A stretch of DNA of 64,000 nucleotides from a virus. Under the pieces are notes generated by a model, which searched no databases, was not told where the DNA came from, and worked only from the letters and a program-made list of their open reading frames with translations. The stretch's first letter is position 1. Each line of letters opens with the position of its first letter. Positions 30,606 to 42,090 of this stretch are shown here, one piece after another. The stretch is taken from positions 1 through 64,000 of the IMG/VR virus record IMGVR_UViG_3300025030_000004. One strand, given 5' to 3'. A program made the position numbers and the translations under genes.

Positions 30606-31037
30606 ATGAGTATTTTTGTATTAATCATTTCGTTTCTTTGTCTGGGGTGTTCGCTTATAGCAATGAAGAATCTATTTAAGTCAAATGGCAGAATGCAAGA
30701 GGACTTTATCAAAGCATATGATAAAGGTATTAAATCATCAGAAGATAGCAAGATTTACAATTTTATAATAGTACTGTTTTCAATTTTCTATACTGGTATG
30801 TGGGTACATTTTTATATTATCGCATTTAATATTTTCAACCCTCAGTTATTGATATTAAGTTTAGTTGCAGTATTTTATTTATTACAATCTATCTATGGTT
30901 TCTTTAGGTGTTTGTCTATGTTTGCAAAGAAAGAAATCAAATCAGGGTTAATCAATAGAGTTTTAAATGTAGTTGAATTGTTTTATGTAGTTTACTTCCT
31001 TTATTATTATGTAACCATATTTAACAGAGGATTTTAA
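30606..31037 (+). CDS. Four-TM membrane protein
   Basis: Four hydrophobic segments. Confidence 0.65.
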   Translation: MSIFVLIISFLCLGCSLIAMKNLFKSNGRMQEDFIKAYDKGIKSSEDSKIYNFIIVLFSIFYTGMWVHFYIIAFNIFNPQLLILSLVAVFYLLQSIYGFFRCLSMFAKKEIKSGLINRVLNVVELFYVVYFLYYYVTIFNRGF

Positions 31038-31488
31038 TGCAAACCTTAAAAGATAAATGCCCGAAATGCAGATCACAATTATATGGAGATATAGATTCTA
31101 GTAATAAGGATTATATATTTGCGATAATATATTGTTTAGGATGTGGATATGAGATAGAGGTAAGGGATGAATACATAAATAGTAAAAGAGAGGATTGGTT
31201 GGATATGGATGAATATTTAGGAATTTATGACGAACCACATGTTCAAATATTTATTAAAAGGATTTTCGCAGACAATCAAATAGAAGCAGAAAACAAATTT
31301 ATAGAATATCTTGAAAGGAAGAACGGAAGAGTAGTGTTCGAGATTTATGTAGATTTATTGTCAAATATAGATTTCTTATAAAATTGCATCTCTCGAATGC
31401 TCCCAAATGCTCACGTATGCTTCCATTTTCAAAAGGTAAAATAACATAAAACTCATGTTTCGTAGGATTAGAAGAAAGGAGAAACAAT

Positions 31489-31704
31489 ATGGAATGGATT
31501 AATGTAAAAGATAGATTACCTGAACTACGAGATGATTCTGTGCTTGTATATTTTCTAGAAAATCAATCAATAGCTATGGTATATATTGAAGATTATTTTG
31601 CAGGTATCACAGCAGGGGTAGTAGATGGTGTTCAACAATATACAAAATGGTATATTTCTCAAGGCGTAACTCATTGGATGGAGTTGCCTGAAATTCCAGT
31701 ATGA
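31489..31704 (+). CDS. DUF551-like phage protein
   Basis: MEWI.VKDRLPE...VTHWM.LPE.P. Confidence 0.85.
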   Translation: MEWINVKDRLPELRDDSVLVYFLENQSIAMVYIEDYFAGITAGVVDGVQQYTKWYISQGVTHWMELPEIPV

Positions 31705-31747
31705 AAATACAGTTTCGAACTAATTAAAGAAAGAAGGTAAATAATTA

Positions 31748-32200
31748 ATGACAAAATATGAAACAATGTGTGATACATATAAACACAAGCAACTGGTGAA
31801 TAAACTAATAAATCAAGTTACGCAAAAATTAAGTGAAAGAGCTATCAACCACGATAACTCCAAACTAGAGGAATTTGAAGCAGATACATTTACGGAATTT
31901 ACACCAAAACTTTCAAAGTCTACATATGGTAGCGAGGAGTACATGGGATTTCTTAAGGAAATGAAACCTGCTTTGGATCATCACTACGCTAAGAATAGAC
32001 ATCATCCAGAACACTTTCCAAATGGTATTAAAGATATGGACTTGATTGATTTAATCGAAATGATTTGTGATTGGAAAGCATCTACTATGAGACACAATGA
32101 TGGAAATATCCTTACTAGTATTGATAAAAATCAAGACCGTTTTGGATATTCAAGTGATATGGCTGTTATTTTTAAGAATACTGTTAAATTGTTTGAATAA
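31748..32200 (+). CDS. DUF5662-like HD-type protein
   Basis: H...V, HD.SKL...E, ALDHHY..NRHHPEH and EM.CDW.A. Confidence 0.85.
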   Translation: MTKYETMCDTYKHKQLVNKLINQVTQKLSERAINHDNSKLEEFEADTFTEFTPKLSKSTYGSEEYMGFLKEMKPALDHHYAKNRHHPEHFPNGIKDMDLIDLIEMICDWKASTMRHNDGNILTSIDKNQDRFGYSSDMAVIFKNTVKLFE

Positions 32201-33508
32201 AGAAAACCACCTCCCTCATACTCAGTTATGCTTTAATATGCTTCCATTTACTACCCAATATGATTTGTAAAATACACATAAAACCACTGTTTTAAGCTGT
32301 TAGAAAGGAGAATTACTTTGAAAAATTGTGTGGTAAGAACTTATGGCGTAGGGTATACAAATCCTACTACAAATTTAAGTGCTAAATTAAACGATGGATG
32401 GATAGTAAAGAGTTGTACTCCTATTTTTGCATCAAATGGTAAGACTGAATATATTGAATATATCTTAGAGAAAGAATGAAAATGCTAATTGAAGGGAGGA
32501 CTTAGATTTGCCTAGAGAACCAGTATTCACAGGAACAGTTAGTAAATTACCTAAACCAAAAGGTAATCGTCCTAGTGACAGAACATGTGAAAAATGCAAA
32601 AACTCAACTTTGATAGTAGAAGGAAAAGATACAGTAATACCTCATCAGTTGTTAACTTGTAGATTTGGTTCTAATATATTTACAGAGTGTCAAACTGCAT
32701 GTACGAATGATTATTTTGAATCAAGAAGATAAAACAATTTTTATAGGAGGAGAATATGAACAAAATAAAACAGTGGATAAAGAATAAATTAATTGCGTTT
32801 TTAGGGATAGATGAAATAGTTAATCTTTTAGATAAGCATATTGATAATAATGATAACTCCTTTAAAGACCTAAGAAGTCTAGCATATAGCTTAAATAATA
32901 ATACTAGAAACGAATTAAAACGAGATGTATCTCATTGTCAAGATTCAGTAAATGTTTTACATAATACGATTGAAAATGTTGTGCATATTGGTACTGATGT
33001 CCGATATCACAATGAAAGAACTCATAGTTGGGCGGTAATATGTATCGAAGGTAATATAAATATTGTTAAGTTTGTTGATTTAGGAAATCAAGACGCAAGA
33101 AGTATATTAGAATATCTAAAACATTTTGAGGCAGGAAGACATTGTATAGACACTCCATATAAACAAATGTTTTATGATGATGGATTGTTTAAATTTTGAT
33201 CCCCATAAAACCCAAATTTTATGGTAACTAAATAGAAAGGAGATTAAATTATGAATAATCAAACAGAGAATTATGTTATATTAAAACCAATTGCCGAAAG
33301 ATTTAATTTGGTTGCAAAGGAAATTACAGACAATGATATTAAATACATAATTAAAGAAGCAATGAAGGAACAAATCAAAGGAATTTTTGATTTCAATAAA
33401 CTCAATGAAATGACAGAAGAATTTATTGATAAAAACGAAGATAAAATTAAATGTGCGATTGCCGATTGTATCTTTAATAAATTAAAGTAATTAAAATTAA
33501 GATTTTAC

Positions 33509-34009
33509 GTGGAATTTGAAAGGAGATTAAATAAAATGAAAAAATTAGAATTTGGTTACAAATGTAAAGATATCGTCACAGGTTTTGAAGGTATTTTGAA
33601 AAGTAGAGGTATGTTTATTACAGGTTGCGATAGGGTTGAACTAGTTAAAGACAGTGAAGAAAAGTGGTTTGATGCTCCAGTAGTTAAAATCTTAGATGAT
33701 GGAGTATATAATGACTTATTAGAAGCAGGATGTAATAAATTTGATGATCTTAATGAGTCGTTATATGATTATGGTGTATTAGCAAGAGATAAAATCACTG
33801 GATATGAAGGCAAAATTATTGCCAAATCAATTAGTATTACAGGAGATATTTCGTATGGATTATCCCCAAAGTTTGCAAAAGAAAGTAAAAATAATGATGC
33901 TACTTGGTTTGATGAAAGTAGGCTTGAAGTTGTAGATGATAAGAAAGATGAAATTAAAACGAATGAGAGAAGGACTGGTGGAGCAGTACCTAATTTGAGG
34001 TGTAGATAG
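33509..34009 (+). CDS. Phage protein with a duplicated SH3-like repeat
   Basis: Two G...D.ITG.EG......ITG...WFD repeats. Confidence 0.7.
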   Translation: MEFERRLNKMKKLEFGYKCKDIVTGFEGILKSRGMFITGCDRVELVKDSEEKWFDAPVVKILDDGVYNDLLEAGCNKFDDLNESLYDYGVLARDKITGYEGKIIAKSISITGDISYGLSPKFAKESKNNDATWFDESRLEVVDDKKDEIKTNERRTGGAVPNLRCR

Positions 34010-34744
34010 AATGAATTGAATTGTCCGTTTTATGTTATAGAAAGGAGTGAAACAAATGAAAGAATCAATAGTTCTATCTGATGGTAAATATACCGTAATT
34101 CTAGATAGTGGAAATTCAAAATTCTTATTTTATGCATTGCGGTATAATGAACCATGGGAAGCAGGAACACATTTAGATAATTTACATTTAGCTATGTTTC
34201 AGAGAATTAGAGATTTAGAAGATAGAGTAATATCTCTAGTAAGCGAAATACAATAAACCATTCATTCTATACTATGAAAGGAGTTTTTATATGAAAGAAT
34301 TATTAAAAAATCAATTTCCTAAACTAGTATATGGGTTAGTTACTATAGTTGTACTCGCTTTATTTTTCGGATTAATGTTGGGAACTGTTGCCCTAGTAAT
34401 GCTCACTCATGGAACAACTAAAATTATTGTAATCGTTGTTGTAATTTTGATCCTTGCTTTGATGATCGGAAATGATAAATTAAAATAACCCAACCAAAAG
34501 ATACTTTTAAAGGGTAAGGAGGGCGAGATGGATAAAGATTTGTTGTGGGAATATATAGATACAGGTTTATCTCCATCCGAGATAAAAAGAATGTATGAGA
34601 GTTTAGGTGTGACAGTTGACCTGATTTCAAGATTAATAATTGGGGATTATACAAGTATTAATTTGGCTGTTGAAGATGCGATATCTTTCTTGGATACCTA
34701 TGCTAGTCTTAGAATAAAAGAAATGAACTAACTGAAAATAATTA

Positions 34745-34773
34745 ATTGACATAGATATATAGGGTATGGTATA
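34745..34773 (+). promoter_or_regulatory. SigA promoter
   Basis: TTGACA-17-TATAAT with TGn, preceded by AAAATAATTAA. Confidence 0.75.
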
Positions 34774-34821
34774 ATTATTATCTAGGCAATAAACAATGAA
34801 AGGGTGAATCGAGGTGATTAG

Positions 34822-35385
34822 TTGAATTATAATAGACCACGCAATGAGACAGAAACACATTTCTTACTTAAGGAAATAAGTAAATACATACTTTTTGGTT
34901 GGGGTTACAAAATGATTGGTACGGAAGTTCATGGCATGTGGGACTTAGATATTGGTAAAAAACGCAAAGAAATTATTGACTGTGTAGGACTTAAGAAGGT
35001 ATCAGATGGTAGAGGAAAATACCATTATGATATAAAAGGAATTGAAGCAAAGGCAAGTTTAAGTGACTTTAATAATGGATTTTGTTGTGCTCCTGCTATG
35101 AGTTATGTCATAAGTACAGTAAATACTATTCCTATTAATTTGTTGCCTTCATCTATTGGTTTTATTGAAGTGGATCTTAATATTTTTGAGTTAAAGAAAT
35201 ACTCGCAAAGGATTCCTGATATGAAGGGTGTAACTTTAGTTAAGAAAGCTAAGAGAAAGATTGATTCGAGATTCAAATCAGAAGAAGCATATAGAAAATG
35301 GTGTGAACAATGTTTGGAAAGAGTGGCATATAGAAGTAGTAGTGAGCTGTTATTTTGGAGGAATTATATTGAGCTTATTGAATAG
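34822..35385 (+). CDS. PD-(D/E)XK nuclease-like (MmcB-like) protein
   Basis: TEV...ID.VG...IEAKAS.SDF. Confidence 0.65.
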   Translation: MNYNRPRNETETHFLLKEISKYILFGWGYKMIGTEVHGMWDLDIGKKRKEIIDCVGLKKVSDGRGKYHYDIKGIEAKASLSDFNNGFCCAPAMSYVISTVNTIPINLLPSSIGFIEVDLNIFELKKYSQRIPDMKGVTLVKKAKRKIDSRFKSEEAYRKWCEQCLERVAYRSSSELLFWRNYIELIE

Positions 35386-36505
35386 AAAATAATAATAAAT
35401 TAAGGAAGTGAAATATGAAAATAAGAATTATTAAAAATAACCCTCCAAAAAATTGCTCGAACGCTAGTGATATTAGTGAATATATTGGTCAAGTATTAGA
35501 AGCTTATGTGGATGAAAATGGAGATGTAGTTATTTCAGAAAAGTGTGGAATTATTGGAGGAATTATATTCACCGGAGAATATGAAATAATAGATGGCGTG
35601 ATGGAAAATATTGAATCCACATCACGTAAAATGATTAATGAATATAAAAGTAATCCTAAAATGGCAATTGAACAATTAGAATTCTGTGGGTATGAGTGTG
35701 AGGGTGGAGTGCTGATTAATAATGTAGCCTTTATTGCATTAAAAGAATTAATTATGGAAGGAGATGAGATTTGACACAATGCAGAAAATTAGATTCCTTA
35801 AAAACTTTGGATATTGGAGTAAAGATACTTATCGAGTAATTTTAGGAGAAGATGAGGAATATTATCATGTTCATGTTGATTTAAAGAGTTTAGAGACGGT
35901 CAAATTTCATAAGAGTGAGAATGGGAAATTGTTTGTTGTAGTAGAGAGGAGTTAGGTTGATAATATTTTTTGGAATTTAATATTAGAAAGGGGTGAGATA
36001 TTGTTTAAAATGTGTGAATTAGTTAGTAAGGTTAGTGTTAGTTGGAGGGGTGGTGGAAATAATGGCTAAAGAAATTAAAGTTAAAGAAGATTCAAGTAAA
36101 ACTTGGATTATGACTTTAGGCGTAGTTTTTGAAAGCGAAGAGACAAAGGAATCAGCAATGCGAGACTTTCAATCAACTATGGATGACTATGTAGATAATT
36201 GCAGAATGATAGAAGTTATCAGTTGTAAACAAGCTAATCTTAGTTTTAAATTAGTTGAAGGCGAATAATACTTTAAATGGAAAATTTCATTTGGTTTAGT
36301 TTGATTTGACCTTTGGGATGGTTGGGAATATACTTGGGTTACTAAATGAATCATAAATAATAAATGGGAAGGATTGATTGCTTGAAAAATTCAGGTAATT
36401 GCTGGCGACCAATAAAATTTAATAAATCACCACCTACTTCAATATATTGTTAAAAGACTATTAAAAAATAAATAAAAAATATATTGAAAGAAGGAATACA
36501 TAATA

Positions 36506-37690
36506 ATGGCGAAGAAAGAAGATAAAAAACAACTGAAAAAAGGTCAATCATTATTTCAATTAATCGGAGAAGCTAAAATTACTGACTTTACATTCAAAAT
36601 GGATGAAACCACTAAGAAATCTGATTGGGTTTGGAATCAGTTAAATCTTGGAGTGGATTGCGGTAGTGGGAATGTGGTATATGCCGATTTAATGGGTGGT
36701 TACGGTTCTGAAAGAGATAATGTTCTTTATGTACATGGCAAAAAAGAAAATGATAATAATAAATTAGTAGATGATTTTTCAAATCAATTTAAAATTGCTT
36801 GGGAAGATAGATTCGACGAAGATATTCTTGAAACTATTGGTGATCAATGCTTTATTACTATCGGGTTAGAAAAAGATAATAAAGGTAAAACACTCCCAAA
36901 AAGATTTTTATCAGCTTATGATGCTATTGAATATGTTCAAGAACATCTGAAAAATGAAATGGTCATTAATGTTAAAGGTGGTTTTAAATACACTACATAT
37001 AACGATTCTGTTCAGGTAAAAAAAGAGATTACAAGTATCTTTTTGTCAAAGGTAGATGATTCTTCTAAATATAAAGCTACATTTACTCAGTCAATTCTTC
37101 TTGATAAAGATAGTGTTGGTAAGTTGGATAAAGAAAAAGCAATTTATCCTATTTATGCAAGAGTTGTGGATTATATAAAAGAATACAATGGGAAAGAAGT
37201 AAAACAAAATATTACATTTAGAAAAACCTTTGAACTTGAAGTGGATAAAGTAAAACCAGAAAATACTAAAAAGTTTATTGATAAAGTATTAAAGGTCAAA
37301 AAAGATATCACTGAAGTAACCATTGAAGGTGATATTGTAGAGGGCCAATCTTTGATAAATATTACAGAGGCAGATATCCCAGATGATATTATGGAACTTA
37401 TTGAAATGGGAGCTTATACTATGGAAGAAGCTGTAAATAAGCTTGCTGTAGGGGGAAGCAAAGAAAAGAAAATGGTAATTCGTAAACCATCTATTAAAAT
37501 GGTTGGAGATGAAGATAATAAAAAACCTATAATTCTTAAAACAGATGGTCAGTATAAAGACGAAGATTTGATTTTTGATTTTATGATTGAAGAAGATACA
37601 CCTGAAGAGGATCAAAAAAATAGTGAAGAGAATACAGACGATGAAGAAGATACATCATGGATGGATGCATTAGACGAAGATACAGAGTAA
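36506..37690 (+). CDS. Putative ssDNA-binding/replication protein (SPbeta yorF position) with acidic tail
   Basis: First gene of the replication block; beta-rich; highly acidic C-terminus. Confidence 0.5.
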   Translation: MAKKEDKKQLKKGQSLFQLIGEAKITDFTFKMDETTKKSDWVWNQLNLGVDCGSGNVVYADLMGGYGSERDNVLYVHGKKENDNNKLVDDFSNQFKIAWEDRFDEDILETIGDQCFITIGLEKDNKGKTLPKRFLSAYDAIEYVQEHLKNEMVINVKGGFKYTTYNDSVQVKKEITSIFLSKVDDSSKYKATFTQSILLDKDSVGKLDKEKAIYPIYARVVDYIKEYNGKEVKQNITFRKTFELEVDKVKPENTKKFIDKVLKVKKDITEVTIEGDIVEGQSLINITEADIPDDIMELIEMGAYTMEEAVNKLAVGGSKEKKMVIRKPSIKMVGDEDNKKPIILKTDGQYKDEDLIFDFMIEEDTPEEDQKNSEENTDDEEDTSWMDALDEDTE

Positions 37691-37698
37691 ATTTAAAT

Positions 37699-37729
37699 AT
37701 TTCGGAGAGGGTACTCGCCTTCTCCGAAA
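37699..37729 (+). terminator. Hairpin
   Basis: TTTCGGAGAGG...CTTCTCCGAAA. Confidence 0.6.
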
Positions 37730-37756
37730 ATACAATACCATATAAATAATTGGAAG

Positions 37757-38905
37757 GTGGAATTTGGTTTGGCAGGGAGAAAATTTGGTAAAAAGAATAT
37801 AATTAAAGTTGATCCATTGGCCTATAATTTAGGACTAATTGGAGAAAGTGGTATTGGTAAAACTACTCTTGCAAAAGAGGTATGTGAACAACTTGTTGGT
37901 GAAGATGGATACATGATTTTTAACATAGGTAAAGAAGATGGTATTGACGCTATCGCAGGAGCTATATATGAGGATATTCCAGATTGGGAAGCTTTTGAAG
38001 AAGTTACTGATGATATTTTAGAGAATAAACTTTCAGATTATAAAGATTTAAAAGTTATTATTTATGATACATTAGATGAATTATTTGATATTGCTGAACT
38101 AGAGGTAATTCGATTACATAATAAAGAAAATCCTGAAAAACCAGTACAGTCAATTAAGGCAGCCTTTGGTGGGTATATGGCAGGAGAAGATAAGACTGCT
38201 GAGATAATCCTAACAAGAATGTGGGAACTTAAAAAAATTGGAGTAAGTATGTTTATCATTGGTCATACAAAAAAGAGAACAATGACAGACGTTGCTACTG
38301 GAATAGAGTATGATATGTTGACCACAAATATGTCACATAGATACTTTAATGCATTAAAGACAAAATTACACGTATTAGGTGTGGCATCTATCAATCGAGA
38401 GATCACACAAACTAAAACAGGAAGAAAGGTTGGTAAAGGTAAAGACAGAAAAGATGAAATTAAAGGATCAATTGAAAATGAAACAAGGATAATTACATTT
38501 AGAGATGATAATTTCAATATAGATTCAAAATCAAGATTTTCTGAAATTACTGATACAATAGTTCTAAGTCCTGATGAATTTATTAAAGCCGTAGAAGAAG
38601 CAATCAAAATTGAACATGATAAACAAGAAGGAAATAAATCTATTGAAGACACTAAAGCTGAACAGGCAGTAGAAAAAGAAAAGATTAATGAGAAAAATGC
38701 AAACGATAAAAAAGTAGAACTTAAAGCAAAAGAAGTAGAACAACTTGTAGCAATGATCACCAGTTTTGTGAAAGCTAACAAAACAAGTCCTGAGAAACTA
38801 AAACCGTTACTAACTGAGAGTAAAAGAATGGGATACGTTAATCCAACAAAAGTTGATAATTTAAAAGATGCAAATATATTGTTCGATTTAATTGATGGTA
38901 AATAA
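37757..38905 (+). CDS. AAA ATPase (AAA_24/Sak4-like, YorG-like)
   Basis: GESGIGKTT Walker A; IIYDT Walker B; FIIGH. Confidence 0.8.
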   Translation: MEFGLAGRKFGKKNIIKVDPLAYNLGLIGESGIGKTTLAKEVCEQLVGEDGYMIFNIGKEDGIDAIAGAIYEDIPDWEAFEEVTDDILENKLSDYKDLKVIIYDTLDELFDIAELEVIRLHNKENPEKPVQSIKAAFGGYMAGEDKTAEIILTRMWELKKIGVSMFIIGHTKKRTMTDVATGIEYDMLTTNMSHRYFNALKTKLHVLGVASINREITQTKTGRKVGKGKDRKDEIKGSIENETRIITFRDDNFNIDSKSRFSEITDTIVLSPDEFIKAVEEAIKIEHDKQEGNKSIEDTKAEQAVEKEKINEKNANDKKVELKAKEVEQLVAMITSFVKANKTSPEKLKPLLTESKRMGYVNPTKVDNLKDANILFDLIDGK

Positions 38906-39009
38906 ATAATAAATATGGGAGGGAATTAAGTTTTCCTCCCTAAGTTTTCAGATAGAGGTGATAGTGTGAGTCGAGTTGCATAAATATGTGAAAGAGGGAT
39001 AGTGGTTAT

Positions 39010-39474
39010 ATGACAGATTCAATAGATAAAAAACAAGAAAATAAAGACTGGTTAGAACTATGTAAATATGTTCATCATGAAATTTTACAATACGATTCGA
39101 ATCTAAAATTCCCAAGATATTTAGCACTGAGGTTAAGAGGATTACATAGTGGACAGTTTATGGCAAACAAAAAACAACAACCTTGTGCAAATTATGATTA
39201 TAAAATAATATTATTCACCTTTAAAATATGTAGACCTAATATATTGCAATGTTTCATGACTAATAAAACTAAATTTGTAGATGAAAAACATAGAATAAAT
39301 ACTATGATGGTTATTATTGAAAACAATATTAATGATATGGTAATACGATTAAAAAACGCCGAAACCGCAAAAGTAAAAGCAGAGAATGTAGATATGGAAA
39401 ACATTTACCATGAAGGAGCAGAGTATCAACCTAAAACGAAAAAACCGAATGGCACACTAGAAGACTTATGGTAA
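39010..39474 (+). CDS. Conserved SPbeta-like replication-region protein (YorH-like)
   Basis: W.EL..YV...IL.Y......P....LRL.GL..G; position before the helicase. Confidence 0.55.
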   Translation: MTDSIDKKQENKDWLELCKYVHHEILQYDSNLKFPRYLALRLRGLHSGQFMANKKQQPCANYDYKIILFTFKICRPNILQCFMTNKTKFVDEKHRINTMMVIIENNINDMVIRLKNAETAKVKAENVDMENIYHEGAEYQPKTKKPNGTLEDLW

Positions 39475-39482
39475 AGAGGTAG

Positions 39483-41003
39483 GTGACAACTATTACTCAA
39501 ACTAGCAAAAGTACAACAACTAAGTTGACACCATTTGAGGAGGAATTAGCTAAAACAAGTAAAAAAATTAGAGAATACAAGAAGGCTTGTGAAGCTAATA
39601 TAGTTTCGATCTTATGGAAACAACCTGATTTATATTATACATATGATAATTTAAAATTAGCAAATTTTACAGAGAATGTTTGGAAGGTCTATTACCAAAT
39701 AGGATTAGATATAGTAATAAAAGAAAAAAAACAAGTTCTTGACGATATAACTGTAGGACTATACCTAGAAAAACACTTAAAGTTAAAAGAGCAATACGAA
39801 AAATACAAAGGTTATGAAACAATTGAAAATGCAAGAGCATATGTTAAGACTGAAAATATGGATGGATATATTAATGAACTCCATAAATGGAACGCAGTCT
39901 TAGACCTATTAAAAAGAAAATTTCCTATTTTCGATAGAATTAGTGATTTTGTAGATATGACATCTGAACAAATATATGATGAATTTGAAGCAGTATTAAA
40001 CCACGTTTTTGTTAATGTCGAAGGCGATGATATTACGCATGACATTTCTGATGGGTTGGATGAATTAATTGAAGAATTAGATCAAGGGATGGCAGTAGGT
40101 TTACCATTACATAATACACCAACTTTAAATAAAGAAGTTGGTGGAAATCTTGAAGGTAATATTACTTTGGTTGGTGGGCTTAGTGGCGTGGGAAAAACTG
40201 CCCTTAGTAGGATTTTAATTCTTCCAAGTATATTAGAACACAAAGAAAAAATAGTCATTATGATAAATGAAGAAGGTAAGAAAAAGTGGCAACGCGAGTT
40301 TCTTGTTTGGGTTGCCAATAACATCTTTAAAGAAGATTTACAAAAGTATATTGTCCGAGATGGGAAGTACAAACCAGAAATTAAAGCATTGTTAAAAAAA
40401 TGTTCTGAATGGGTAAAGCAATATAAAAACACAATTATATTAAAACCATTCACTCAATACACTACAGCAAAAGCCATTAAGACAATAAAAAAGTATGCTA
40501 GTATGGGTGTAAAATACTTTATGCTAGATACATACAAAGCAGATTCCAAAGCATCAAGTAGTGAGTCTTTTTGGTTTAGTATGCAACAAAATATGGTTGA
40601 AATTAATGATGTAATTAAATCAGAAGCGAAAAATGTACATATTTGGATTACATTTCAATTAAGTAAAGGTAGTTCAAAACAAAGATATTATGATCAAGAT
40701 AATATCGGTATGGCAAAAAACATTGTAGACGTTGCATCAACCTGTCTTATGATTAGAAAAGTATTCGAAGATGAAATAGAAGGAGGTAAGCGTGAGTTAG
40801 ATGTTTACAGAAAAGAGAAAAGACAAGGGAATATTGAATCTCAAATTCCTGTGAAATTAAAGAAAGGTAAAAACTATCAGATTATATTTATCGTTAAGAA
40901 TCGTGAAGGTAGTACAAATGATTATCAAATAGTGGTGGAACATGATTTGTCAAGAAATACATATAAAGAGGTTGGTTATACAGTAGTTCCAGTAGATTTC
41001 TAA
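39483..41003 (+). CDS. DnaB-like replicative helicase
   Basis: GGLSGVGKT, INEE, LDTYK, TFQL and KNREG. Confidence 0.9.
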   Translation: MTTITQTSKSTTTKLTPFEEELAKTSKKIREYKKACEANIVSILWKQPDLYYTYDNLKLANFTENVWKVYYQIGLDIVIKEKKQVLDDITVGLYLEKHLKLKEQYEKYKGYETIENARAYVKTENMDGYINELHKWNAVLDLLKRKFPIFDRISDFVDMTSEQIYDEFEAVLNHVFVNVEGDDITHDISDGLDELIEELDQGMAVGLPLHNTPTLNKEVGGNLEGNITLVGGLSGVGKTALSRILILPSILEHKEKIVIMINEEGKKKWQREFLVWVANNIFKEDLQKYIVRDGKYKPEIKALLKKCSEWVKQYKNTIILKPFTQYTTAKAIKTIKKYASMGVKYFMLDTYKADSKASSSESFWFSMQQNMVEINDVIKSEAKNVHIWITFQLSKGSSKQRYYDQDNIGMAKNIVDVASTCLMIRKVFEDEIEGGKRELDVYRKEKRQGNIESQIPVKLKKGKNYQIIFIVKNREGSTNDYQIVVEHDLSRNTYKEVGYTVVPVDF

Positions 41004-41016
41004 AGGGGATGGTGAT

Positions 41017-42090
41017 ATGACAGCAAATGAGTTAATTCAATATATTATTGATAATGATAAAATCGAAGAGATACTTGAAAGTTTAGAATGTCACCATCTC
41101 AAGGAATATGTTAAAGAATTTAGATGCGGATTGCCTTCACATTCAAGTAAGGATAATGTCTCTGTTAAGAAGGAGACTACAAAAATAAAAATCTTTCAAT
41201 CTGATAGTAATATTATTAGAGGAAATATATTTACCTTGTGCCAAACTATTAAAAACTATAGTTTCTCAGAAGCTAATAGATATATACATAATTTATTTGG
41301 ACTTGAATATAAGTTCAAATTTAACAAAAAGACTAATGCGGAATTCAAAGACCCATTAGAAATTTTTAAAAAAGTAAAAAAGAAAAGATATTCTTGTGAC
41401 ATAAGTTTGGATGTTATTAATGAAGATTGTTTGAGTGAATATATACCATACATCCACATTGAATGGGTAAGGGAAGGAATTATGCCTTGGACTTCTAAGG
41501 AATTTAACATTGGATACAGCGTAAACAGAAGAAGAATAGTAGTTCCTCATAGATATTGGAGTGGTAGCAGAAATGATTATGTAGGAGTAATCGGAAGAAC
41601 AGTCATAAAGGAATGGGAAATGCTAGACATACCCAAGTATTTCCCATTAAAAAACTTCCCTAAGACCATGAATTTATATGGTCTACAAGAGAACTACCGA
41701 ACCATACAAGAAGCAGGATATGTGGTAGTTTATGAGGCAGAGAAGAGTGTTTTAAAACGTCATAGTAGGAATGATGGCACTGGTGTTGCTGTGTGTTGTC
41801 ATGATATCTCAGAGGAGCAAGTAAAGATTCTTATTGGATTAAATGTAGATATAGTAATCTCTTTTGATAAGGGGATATCAATTGAACATATAAGAAGTAC
41901 ATGCGATCTATTTTATGGTACTAGGAATGTTTATTATATCCATGATAAATATGATTTACTAAAAGAAAAAGAATCTCCGGCAGACGCAACTAATCGAATA
42001 TATACTTATTTATTCAAATACAAAACTTTGTATGATGAAAAGGAAAGAAGGGAACATTTAAAGTGGCTAGAAAAACAGGAGAAGAGTTAG
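41017..42090 (+). CDS. DNA primase (TOPRIM)
   Basis: R..VP....G...G..GR, LYGL, VYEAEKSV and SFD.G; KESP.D. Confidence 0.85.
   Translation: MTANELIQYIIDNDKIEEILESLECHHLKEYVKEFRCGLPSHSSKDNVSVKKETTKIKIFQSDSNIIRGNIFTLCQTIKNYSFSEANRYIHNLFGLEYKFKFNKKTNAEFKDPLEIFKKVKKKRYSCDISLDVINEDCLSEYIPYIHIEWVREGIMPWTSKEFNIGYSVNRRRIVVPHRYWSGSRNDYVGVIGRTVIKEWEMLDIPKYFPLKNFPKTMNLYGLQENYRTIQEAGYVVVYEAEKSVLKRHSRNDGTGVAVCCHDISEEQVKILIGLNVDIVISFDKGISIEHIRSTCDLFYGTRNVYYIHDKYDLLKEKESPADATNRIYTYLFKYKTLYDEKERREHLKWLEKQEKS

Larger units (their letters stand above)
28350..34731 (+). other. Long array of small accessory ORFs, many bounded by palindromic sites
   Basis: About 20 co-oriented ORFs of 60-180 aa with RBSs. Confidence 0.7.
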